This document shows, piece after piece, positions 55,216 through 63,098 of a DNA stretch of 64,000 nucleotides. A model generated the notes under the pieces. That model did no database searches, had not been told where the DNA came from, and worked only from the letters and a program-made list of their open reading frames with translations. How positions within the stretch are numbered: the first letter of the stretch is position 1; each line of letters starts with the position of its first letter. Origin of the DNA: a virus; IMG/VR virus record IMGVR_UViG_3300036770_005816, positions 1 to 64,000 of that record; one strand, written 5' to 3'. Position numbers and translations under genes: made by a program.

Positions 55216-55248
55216 ACACTAGTAGATGACACGACGCCCCAATGCAAC
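55216..55248 (-). promoter_or_regulatory. Candidate late promoter GTTGCATT-N19-TAGTGT (leaderless)
   Basis: Same 8-mer and same -10 hexamer as the chaperone promoter; 7 nt to the ATG. Confidence 0.55.
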
Positions 55249-55284
55249 CCTTGGAACAACACCAAATAGGCTATTTTGGGGGTG

Positions 55285-55917
55285 ATGGAAACAGGCGTAT
55301 ACGAGACCGATTTAGACAAGGTCGCACTTGCAGTTGAAGCCATAAAACTGGCTAAACAGGCGACAGTTAGCGAGGGCGGTATCGGGGAAGACATGAACAT
55401 AAACCTGTTTTGTTGGAAAGGGGCGAAATTGGTGTCAATTCTCCAACTCACATCAACCCACAATTTGGACAGAGATGAGCGTCTGGAGCGCCTCACAAAG
55501 GCTGCCTGTATCAAGCGTCAGGGTTGGGGTGTCGATTCCTTCACATTCATAGCGGAGGGGTATTGCTCCCTGAAACCCTCCGAAACCAAAAATCAGGATT
55601 TGGCAAAACTGTTCGCCCAGCCCAACTCCCCAGTAACAGAATGTCTATCATTTACTCAACTTGGCTCAGATGTACCTATCTTTATATCAGTGCCTTACAA
55701 AATACTTTTGGGAAAACAAGTACAATTTGGGGACGCGCTCTGGTATTCCGCTCTGGATGTCATGCGCGACCTAACATATGCCGCGACGCTAAACGCTTCA
55801 CTGAAACTTGCTTACCACAGTGCCAAATTCACTGATGCAAAAGATGTTTACTTTGAGACTTTGGCTGACGAAATACACGACATAGGTTTTGACATTTTTT
55901 ATCGAGACGATTTGTGA
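55285..55917 (+). CDS. Hypothetical protein
   Basis: About 210-aa ORF divergent from 55208. Confidence 0.65.
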   Translation: METGVYETDLDKVALAVEAIKLAKQATVSEGGIGEDMNINLFCWKGAKLVSILQLTSTHNLDRDERLERLTKAACIKRQGWGVDSFTFIAEGYCSLKPSETKNQDLAKLFAQPNSPVTECLSFTQLGSDVPIFISVPYKILLGKQVQFGDALWYSALDVMRDLTYAATLNASLKLAYHSAKFTDAKDVYFETLADEIHDIGFDIFYRDDL

Positions 55918-55924
55918 GAACGAA

Positions 55925-56269
55925 ATGGTAGGACAAGACAAAATGGACTTTGCAAACTATCAGTGGCGGACAGGGCATACTGCGATTTATCCGACAGATA
56001 AGGCTCTTGAGTATCTATCGCTTGGTCTCGTGTCTGAGGCTGGAGAAGTGGCAGGAAAAGTTAAGAAGATTATCCGCGACCACGGTTCAGAACTCACCAC
56101 AGAATTGGTTGATGCGCTGGAATTAGAACTTGGTGATGTCCTTTGGTATATCGCACAGATGTGCACTGTCCTCAAATCAAATCTCGGGGTTGTGGCTAAC
56201 CGCAATGTGGACAAACTTGCTTTGCGCAAAGAGGCGAATACCCTTAAGGGAAGCGGGGACAATAGATAA
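55925..56269 (+). CDS. MazG-like nucleotide pyrophosphohydrolase
   Basis: LGLVSEAGEVAGKVKK...ELGDVLWY...NVDKL...GSGDNR. Confidence 0.88.
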   Translation: MVGQDKMDFANYQWRTGHTAIYPTDKALEYLSLGLVSEAGEVAGKVKKIIRDHGSELTTELVDALELELGDVLWYIAQMCTVLKSNLGVVANRNVDKLALRKEANTLKGSGDNR

Positions 56270-56481
56270 TGGGCAAGAAAAACAAGCGCGTCACACGCGG
56301 CGCACAGCAAAGAGTTCGGTTCAACTATTTGACTGGGCAGACTGAAACCGTCCCCGGCACCAAGGCTGGCAAGAAACGCACTCGCTTGCCGTACGGTCAC
56401 CCCCTCAGAACCCACGACATGCCGAGAACGCGTGCAAACAAAAAAGAGAAGAGAGATGGAACGCCGAATAGCGATTCTTGA
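56269..56481 (+). CDS. Small basic protein
   Basis: 70 aa; TAATG coupling. Confidence 0.55.
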   Translation: MGKKNKRVTRGAQQRVRFNYLTGQTETVPGTKAGKKRTRLPYGHPLRTHDMPRTRANKKEKRDGTPNSDS

Positions 56482-57274
56482 CCATCATGATGCACAGCCA
56501 TCATTTGTGTTGGTGAAAGATGCAGAGATAGGGCACATACCACCCACCCCAACGGTTCCACCAAGTGATGATGTTGTGGAACAGGCACGCAAGTTGCTTT
56601 TGAAATTTGGTGCACACTACGGAATTCCAGTCGGGTATGCACAGGAACAAAACGGTCGTCTCATACAACATGTTCTCCCTAATCCCAAAACCGAGTATTC
56701 GCAAATGTCTTCGTCGTCAAAGACGATTCTCAAACTCCACACAGAGACAGCGTTTCACCCTTATAAGCCTGACTGGATTATCCTGATGTGTTTGCGTGGA
56801 GATGAAAACGCGTTCACCACTTATGCGCTTTGCAGTGACATTTTGCGTGATTTGGATAATGAGACGATTCTGGAATTGCGCAAACCACAGTTTTTTACGA
56901 CCACAGACGAAAGTTTTAGGCGCAACGGAGAGAAACACAGAATGATTCGTCTGCCTATTTTGGAAGACGGTTCGAACGGATTGGAGTTGTGTTACGACGA
57001 TGATTTGATGACGGGCGAAAACGCTGTCGCGGAGCGTGCTCTTCGTGCTTTGAGGTATGTGGTGGAATCAAAAACGAGGGAAATTGCGCTCGAATCTGGT
57101 GATGTTTTCATCATCAACAACAGAAAGTTGGTTCATGGTCGCAAACCTTTCCAGCCGCGATACGACGGAACAGACAGGTGGATGCTCAGATTGTTGCTGG
57201 TTGAAAAACTGCCGCCGAAATCGGAAATGATGAACCAACCACACCCCGTAATCAACACAGATTTTGGGGTGTAA
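56456..57274 (+). CDS. TauD/clavaminate-synthase-like Fe(II)/2-oxoglutarate dioxygenase
   Basis: EQNGRLIQHVLP, LHTETAFHP (HxE), PDWIILMCLR, NNRKLVHGRKPF and DRWMLR. Confidence 0.85.
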   Translation: MERRIAILDHHDAQPSFVLVKDAEIGHIPPTPTVPPSDDVVEQARKLLLKFGAHYGIPVGYAQEQNGRLIQHVLPNPKTEYSQMSSSSKTILKLHTETAFHPYKPDWIILMCLRGDENAFTTYALCSDILRDLDNETILELRKPQFFTTTDESFRRNGEKHRMIRLPILEDGSNGLELCYDDDLMTGENAVAERALRALRYVVESKTREIALESGDVFIINNRKLVHGRKPFQPRYDGTDRWMLRLLLVEKLPPKSEMMNQPHPVINTDFGV

Positions 57275-57275
57275 T

Positions 57276-57476
57276 TTAGAACCAGTTAGGTCCTGAAAAA
57301 TATTTCTCTTCCAAAACAGGTTTGCTTGCTTTGTTTTCACGCAAGCCATATCCTTCGTAATCTTCAACAGACCTGTTCAGAACCGCAAAGTGGAAAAGCA
57401 AACCAGCAAAAATTATTGTTATAAGCGATAAGAGCATGCCGAATATTGTAAACAATATGCTTGTGCGCAGACGCAC
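57276..57476 (-). CDS. Small membrane protein
   Basis: One long hydrophobic helix; coupled to the upstream gene. Confidence 0.55.
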   Translation of the reverse strand: MRLRTSILFTIFGMLLSLITIIFAGLLFHFAVLNRSVEDYEGYGLRENKASKPVLEEKYFSGPNWF

Positions 57477-58108
57477 TAAGTCGTGTGACTTGCCTCACCC
57501 TCAGGTTTTTCCTCTTCGTCTCCGTCGCCCTCCGTCAACGCAGGCATATTTCCCAACAAGCCAGTAAGCGCACTATCAGAAATAACACCAGCATCACGCA
57601 TAATCGACAACAACTTCTTAGCCTCAGTCTCGGGGTCAAACTTCGACGATTCCTTGACGCCGGGAGCGCCAGCCAAAACAGCCCGAAGATTCTGCTCTGA
57701 CGGATTGCCGAAAGTTTGCATATTTACATTGACATTGGACTGCTCCATACCCAACAGACGAGCACGACGGTCAATAATTGCGAGAACCGTTGACACCGCC
57801 TTAATGTCTGGTTCCATCGCAACCTCGGTGCCGTCATCCATTTTCACTTTTCGGTGTTGCGTGAGCGGCCAGATTGCGCTCTGAAGGGCGTCCAGACGCT
57901 CCAGTTCCATCTGTAAGACCTCTGGATAGGCGAGGAGGGCTTCCTGACTCAACTTACCCAACTGACGCCTAATAGAGCCGTGTACAGCATTGTTGGTCAT
58001 GCCAAAACGACGCGAAATCTCCGCAATAGGCACACCCGCCTGACGCATCTTGAAAATACGCACATCACGCTCGGCGAGAAACTCCCGAGTCAAACCTTTT
58101 TCTGTCAT
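57476..58108 (-). CDS. HTH DNA-binding protein, possible terminase small subunit
   Basis: MRQAGVPIAEISRRFG HTH; ELERLDALQSAIWP...IIDRRARLLG. Confidence 0.6.
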   Translation of the reverse strand: MTEKGLTREFLAERDVRIFKMRQAGVPIAEISRRFGMTNNAVHGSIRRQLGKLSQEALLAYPEVLQMELERLDALQSAIWPLTQHRKVKMDDGTEVAMEPDIKAVSTVLAIIDRRARLLGMEQSNVNVNMQTFGNPSEQNLRAVLAGAPGVKESSKFDPETEAKKLLSIMRDAGVISDSALTGLLGNMPALTEGDGDEEEKPEGEASHTT

Positions 58109-59859
58109 ATTGGTTCTCTCAAATCAAGCAGTTCAAACGGGAAAACTTTCCCTCTCTTAAGTTTAGTCGGGAATGGTCGCTCATCACGGGCACCACGGAA
58201 ATGGCGGACATCGTAAACATATTCACCAACAGCAGTCGCATCAGGGTGTAAAGCCAAACCGAACTCTGGCCACCGCGACCAAACCGCAGACCCAAACGGA
58301 CGCAAATCCCTTGTACTCATAGAAGTACCGAGGGGGGCGTGGTGCTCAAGCCAAAGCGTGCAGTTGTAGTAGTCGCGAATCATGTCAAAATACCGAGCGA
58401 CCTCAACCGCAACAGCCTCAGATGTTCGTCCACCTGGGTCGATGAACGACTTGTAGATAGGTCCGATGAACAGCATGTCGGGCTTAATGGTCTCAACCGC
58501 TTCTTCAACGACAAGACGGTCTTTCGCCGTCAATAGATTCAGTCCAGCAGGCTTGATGAGAATATGAGCGTCGACTGATTTGACATGACCGAACCTGACA
58601 GCCGCACCCATAATATTCGCCGATGTTCTACGGATGATTCTCTCAGGGTTTTCTAGGTCTATCGTCAAAGTCCTGATTGGTTTGATTCGAGAAAAATTGA
58701 AGGGATGCAAACCAGCGGAAGCACAAATGGCGACCTGTCTGGCGAGCATCGTTTTTCCGACACCTTCGGCTGCGACGACCATTATTCGTTCGCCTCGCTC
58801 AACAAGTTGCGGAATTACCCAATCATAACTTTCATCAGCAGACTCACCCAAAAATTCTTGCCAATTGACCAAACGACCCTTGTCGTAATCGTTTTCGGTG
58901 TTTATTTGATTAAGAAGCATTGACGCCCGCGCGATACGGGTATCCTCAGATAGGTCATCACGCAAAAGAACTTTTGTCACCTGCTGAGCGACAGACGCAA
59001 GCGAACTGGTCGCTTCTTCCACCGCTATTTCGTCTTGCTCCTCGGATTCTTCTTCTTTTGCCTCAGACTCAGTTAGAGGCTCTGCATCTTTTGACTCCAA
59101 GAGGTCATTAAGTGAGCCACCATCGGCTAGCAAGTCGGAAACATCTTTGTATTTCGCTGGCGGAACCCACTGAATAACGGAGCACCCCGCATCACGCAAT
59201 ACGCTCGCCACATGGTCGGAATGCTCGCGTCCGGGGGCATCGTTGTCAGCAACGATGTAGACATTTGCGTTAGCCAAAGTCTCAGTGAAATTGTCCTGCC
59301 ACTTCCCTGCACCATTCGGTGGTGTCGTCGCACACCAACCAAGTTTTACGAGATTGTCTGCGTCTTTCTCTCCTTCGACCAACCATATGGTCTCGCCGTC
59401 TGATTTTGCTTTCAAAACCTGTGGCAGTCGATATAAAACTTTCGTGACACCGTTAAGTGAGTACACCCATTTTTTGGGATTGTCTGGGTCGGGGCGCCGT
59501 TGCATGAATGTCTTCTTGTTCCATTGGTCAACGAACCGCTGTTTTTGATAAAGCAACTCACCCTTTTCGTTCCTGTAATCGTATGTCGCGATAAGGGAAA
59601 GTTTCCGCTCTTCCTGTCGTGGCGGATACAACTCAGTCACTTTCATGTTCAGCGATTTGCAAATATCCACCACATCGCACCCGCCACCGCGATGGCAGGT
59701 GACTAATACGCGCCCGTCATTGCCTTGCCCAATGGAAAGAGATGGATTGTCATCGTCGTTCCTGCATGGGCATCGAGCCTGCCAACCAGAACCAGTCGCT
59801 CGGACACCATTGAGTTTGTCCAAAAATGACTGAACTGTTGGAGATGAAACATTTGGCAT
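58105..59859 (-). CDS. DNA primase-helicase (Zn finger, TOPRIM, AAA/RecA-like)
   Basis: ARCPC...PSLSI, LVEGEKDAD, ADNDAPG, KDVSD, Walker A AAEGVGKT, LEHH and PFGS. Confidence 0.9.
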   Translation of the reverse strand: MPNVSSPTVQSFLDKLNGVRATGSGWQARCPCRNDDDNPSLSIGQGNDGRVLVTCHRGGGCDVVDICKSLNMKVTELYPPRQEERKLSLIATYDYRNEKGELLYQKQRFVDQWNKKTFMQRRPDPDNPKKWVYSLNGVTKVLYRLPQVLKAKSDGETIWLVEGEKDADNLVKLGWCATTPPNGAGKWQDNFTETLANANVYIVADNDAPGREHSDHVASVLRDAGCSVIQWVPPAKYKDVSDLLADGGSLNDLLESKDAEPLTESEAKEEESEEQDEIAVEEATSSLASVAQQVTKVLLRDDLSEDTRIARASMLLNQINTENDYDKGRLVNWQEFLGESADESYDWVIPQLVERGERIMVVAAEGVGKTMLARQVAICASAGLHPFNFSRIKPIRTLTIDLENPERIIRRTSANIMGAAVRFGHVKSVDAHILIKPAGLNLLTAKDRLVVEEAVETIKPDMLFIGPIYKSFIDPGGRTSEAVAVEVARYFDMIRDYYNCTLWLEHHAPLGTSMSTRDLRPFGSAVWSRWPEFGLALHPDATAVGEYVYDVRHFRGARDERPFPTKLKRGKVFPFELLDLREPI

Positions 59860-59862
59860 CGG

Positions 59863-60255
59863 CTACTTGGTTTCCTCTTTGTTCTGAAGAGCGAGCGCCT
59901 GCCGTTTGCGTCGTTTGCTCTCCTTGTCGTTGTAAAGTCTCCGTGTTCGTTTCGCAACATCCGAAACGGTTCCCTGAGGCAGCGCGATGTTTCGCTCGAT
60001 GCGGTGATACTCGCGTTCCGATTCCGTCATGCCACCCCAAATGCCGAATGACTCGTTTTTGATTGCATACTCCGCACAAGGTTCACGAACTTCACAACCC
60101 ATGCAAATAGAAATCGCTTTCTTCTGTTCCCTTGAACGGACATGAGCAGATGACTCACCTTTTGGATAGAACAGACTGATTTCCGCACTACCTCGACAGG
60201 CAGCGAGTGAGGTGTCGAACGGCAAATAGTAACTGTTGGTGAGTTCTGTCGTCAT
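59863..60255 (-). CDS. whiB: WhiB-family transcription factor
   Basis: AACRG...LFYP...AISICMGCEVREPC...FGIWGGMTESER (four Cys plus GIWGG). Confidence 0.92.
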   Translation of the reverse strand: MTTELTNSYYLPFDTSLAACRGSAEISLFYPKGESSAHVRSREQKKAISICMGCEVREPCAEYAIKNESFGIWGGMTESEREYHRIERNIALPQGTVSDVAKRTRRLYNDKESKRRKRQALALQNKEETK

Positions 60256-60263
60256 GGGGCAAT

Positions 60264-60293
60264 ATCGTATTGCCTACAGCGCTCAAATGTCAA
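60264..60293 (-). promoter_or_regulatory. Sigma70-type promoter TTGACA-N18-TACGAT for whiB
   Basis: -10 lies 8 nt before the whiB ATG, with no RBS. Confidence 0.65.
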
Positions 60294-60726
60294 CAGTATT
60301 CTGACGACCAGCCACAATTTGTTTTATTTGGTCGTAACCCAGCAACACCGTCGCATAGTTGACAACCAACCGACCATCGTCGTCAACAGATGACACAATT
60401 TCAACGCTTTCATTAGGGCATCCGAAAGCACTGGCAAGCGCCGACTGCATACGGGCGATACCGACCTCATCAACAATATCTTGGTCATAGAAATCCCATA
60501 ATTCTTCAGTGACAGGGGGCGGAACAACGGTTAGCGTCCGCAACTGCCTCCCCGTTTCGGAAGCGACGACACACCAAGTGCACGCAATCTGCTCCGTTCT
60601 CGCAGGGCGTTTTCGTATCTCCACATGTCCACATTCGAGTGTATGGTGATACTCCACCCCACCCCAACTTCCGACACGCTCAATATTTTTAACTGTTTTT
60701 TGTGGAGCGGATTTTTTATTAATCAC
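60283..60726 (-). CDS. Hypothetical protein
   Basis: LECGH...CTWC Zn-ribbon-like motif. Confidence 0.6.
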   Translation of the reverse strand: MINKKSAPQKTVKNIERVGSWGGVEYHHTLECGHVEIRKRPARTEQIACTWCVVASETGRQLRTLTVVPPPVTEELWDFYDQDIVDEVGIARMQSALASAFGCPNESVEIVSSVDDDGRLVVNYATVLLGYDQIKQIVAGRQNTVDI

Positions 60727-63098
60727 TTTTTCCTGTTGCGGTAACTCGCAGCCCTCCGCTCAGCAATCGTAGTGTTCGCCACAAACTGTCGCCCCCTCTT
60801 GTCGCCCTCAATCTTTTTGCGGTTAGTCGCCGCTCTCTGCGCAGGCGTCAAACGACCCCACACCTTATCGGGCAGATACCTGCGCATTTTGCCTCCACGC
60901 AACGCTGGTTTGCCGTCAGAAGTACGCCACTTCTCACGCGTCCACTTCTTCAACGAGCGTTGCTTCTTGTTCGGCGACTTACCCTTCTTGTACCCACCGC
61001 CAGCCTTACGGTATCTGACGGCTACCAACTGTGCTTTACGAGCAGACCACTGCCCAGGTCTGCCACCTTCGCTTCCAGCCATCACCCGTGCCTTGATTCT
61101 TTCACGCAAAGCATTGTTCGTGTAAGGGGACTCACCCTTAATATCGACAGCATTCGATTGGACAAGATAGAACTCGGCAACCCTTTGGTTGTAAACAGAC
61201 ATATCATCTCCCGTCTTTCGCTTCAATTTCTTTGCGATTCTCTTTCCTCTTCTATAGACACGCCTAACCAAACTTGCTATCGCGTCAAGCAAAACTTTCG
61301 ATTCTTTGGTTTCATCCACAGAATATTGCTGATTTTTGTTTTCTTTCCTCGGTGTCGCACTAGCCAAACCAGAACACAACGAAATTTCAATTGCACCAGT
61401 TTTACTGAAAGACAAACCAGAGTGCTCATGAACATTGTCTCGTTTGGCTTCCTTCTTTTCAATCCACGACGACATTTTTCTCCAAGCATCAACAAGTTCT
61501 TCATGAGGTGGCGTCAAACCGATTTTATCTGCCGCTCGCTGTTCGGCAACCCATTCAGAAAAATTGACTCCGGCATACGGGGACGTGCGCACCATGCGCC
61601 TACCTCTGTCACCAAAAATCAAAGACATCATATTTCTATTAATATTGTCAAACCACAACGACCACTGATAACTATTCGGGTCTCTAATAACCCCCAAGAT
61701 ACTGTCGCGGTCACCGTTTTTGTTAACAAAAGCATTTCCATAAGCATCGTTGGAAATAAAGTGTGTAACCAACCTGTTCGCCGCCATAATCCACAAAATG
61801 TCATCAGGTATATTTTCGCGTCCATATTTGTCAAGCAAATCGCCGTTCAAAACATCCCTGATGCTCGGAACATTAAATGCCGGCATCGCCTCATCGGGCA
61901 ATTTTTTCATGGCTTCCTTGACGACACCTATGCCCTGAGCAATGAATTCCTCCATCTCTTTGATGTCCGCGTCGGTTATGTTGAAATTAGGATTTTTTGC
62001 ACCAACGGTTGCTTCCTTTTGCAGATTCTGCAAAATCAAAAGATTTCGTGCGACATCGGACTTGGTTTTGGGTTCGATAACAAATTTTTGGGATGTGAGC
62101 CAAGTGTAGTAATGTTCTGCGTGCACAAACTCGTGGTCGGCAACATACGCACCATAGAGATAGTCAAGTTGGTCGTCCGACATCCCTAACTGCTCCAATG
62201 GAAGCAGGAATTCCCTTTCAATTCCCCACAACCGTTTATTCATGTTGGAAATGTCCGCTCCGTCAACTGAAAGGTCTGGCGGGAAATCCAAATACGAATA
62301 CATCATTGGGCGCTGTTGGTCATCCTTGATGCTTTTTATGCCGTCGGAAATTATTCCCGCCACACCGTCGTATTTGACCGCCGCATTTCTGTCTCCTCGG
62401 CGAGAGATACCGCGAAGCAACGAGGCAACATCTGGGCGCTCCTCGCCCCTTCGGAGCAGGGTCAAAAATAAGCCCATATCCGCTGGTGTGGGAGGCTCAT
62501 TATCGAATGCTCTCGCGATTTCCCCATCTTCCAATGCGCGTTCAGAATCACCCAAATTTGGATAAACAGATTTGAGTGCTTTTACGGCGTTCTCGTTTTT
62601 GGTCAAATCGCCAAACTTGTTGGTGTACCGCTCATAGATTTCGGCGTGTGCCTTGAGTATGTTCTGTGCTGCTTTTAGCGAACGCTGTTGCTCATTGCTT
62701 GGTGTGCGGGATTCGAGTTTATTCACTGTTGCCGATTCGTCAGAGCGGAGGTTTCTGACCTTGTTGAAAACTTTTTTAAACAAGGAAACCAATTCGTCAA
62801 CAGGTGGCGTGTAGGGGATATTGTCCTCTCCGCCGGGACCAGTCCTGAACCCGTCGCCGTCACCATCGAAATCTGCGACACCACCGATAGGGGTACCGAG
62901 AACTTTTACAATAAACTCTCCGTGATGTTTGACTTCTGTTGATTGTTCAGCACCATTTTTGATTCTTTTCATTACTTTTTTCGGTTCTTCGTTTTCCACC
63001 AATGTGTAGTAGTAAAAATCAGCCTTCTGTTTCGGAGTCAAAACCTGTACGGCTTTAGCCAAGTCCCTAGATTCCTGTATTGACATAACTGAAATCAT
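60723..63098 (-). CDS. Modular protein: DGDGDG tag, HEXXH metallopeptidase-like domain, DUF5872-like basic C-terminus
   Basis: VKVLGTPIGGVADFDGDGDGFRTGPGGEDNIPY; DHEFVHAEHYY...SPYAGVNFSEWVAE; GGRPGQWSARKAQL...YRKAGGGY...SLKKWTREKW...RYLP. Confidence 0.72.
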   Translation of the reverse strand: MISVMSIQESRDLAKAVQVLTPKQKADFYYYTLVENEEPKKVMKRIKNGAEQSTEVKHHGEFIVKVLGTPIGGVADFDGDGDGFRTGPGGEDNIPYTPPVDELVSLFKKVFNKVRNLRSDESATVNKLESRTPSNEQQRSLKAAQNILKAHAEIYERYTNKFGDLTKNENAVKALKSVYPNLGDSERALEDGEIARAFDNEPPTPADMGLFLTLLRRGEERPDVASLLRGISRRGDRNAAVKYDGVAGIISDGIKSIKDDQQRPMMYSYLDFPPDLSVDGADISNMNKRLWGIEREFLLPLEQLGMSDDQLDYLYGAYVADHEFVHAEHYYTWLTSQKFVIEPKTKSDVARNLLILQNLQKEATVGAKNPNFNITDADIKEMEEFIAQGIGVVKEAMKKLPDEAMPAFNVPSIRDVLNGDLLDKYGRENIPDDILWIMAANRLVTHFISNDAYGNAFVNKNGDRDSILGVIRDPNSYQWSLWFDNINRNMMSLIFGDRGRRMVRTSPYAGVNFSEWVAEQRAADKIGLTPPHEELVDAWRKMSSWIEKKEAKRDNVHEHSGLSFSKTGAIEISLCSGLASATPRKENKNQQYSVDETKESKVLLDAIASLVRRVYRRGKRIAKKLKRKTGDDMSVYNQRVAEFYLVQSNAVDIKGESPYTNNALRERIKARVMAGSEGGRPGQWSARKAQLVAVRYRKAGGGYKKGKSPNKKQRSLKKWTREKWRTSDGKPALRGGKMRRYLPDKVWGRLTPAQRAATNRKKIEGDKRGRQFVANTTIAERRAASYRNRKK

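Noticed and set aside
55209-55514. N-terminal extension of the 54936-55514 ORF
   Set aside because: Overlaps the divergent gene; the promoter motif supports the start at 55208.
60960-62189. 409-aa plus-strand ORF
   Set aside because: Antisense to the motif-bearing 791-aa gene; composition typical of a reverse-frame shadow.
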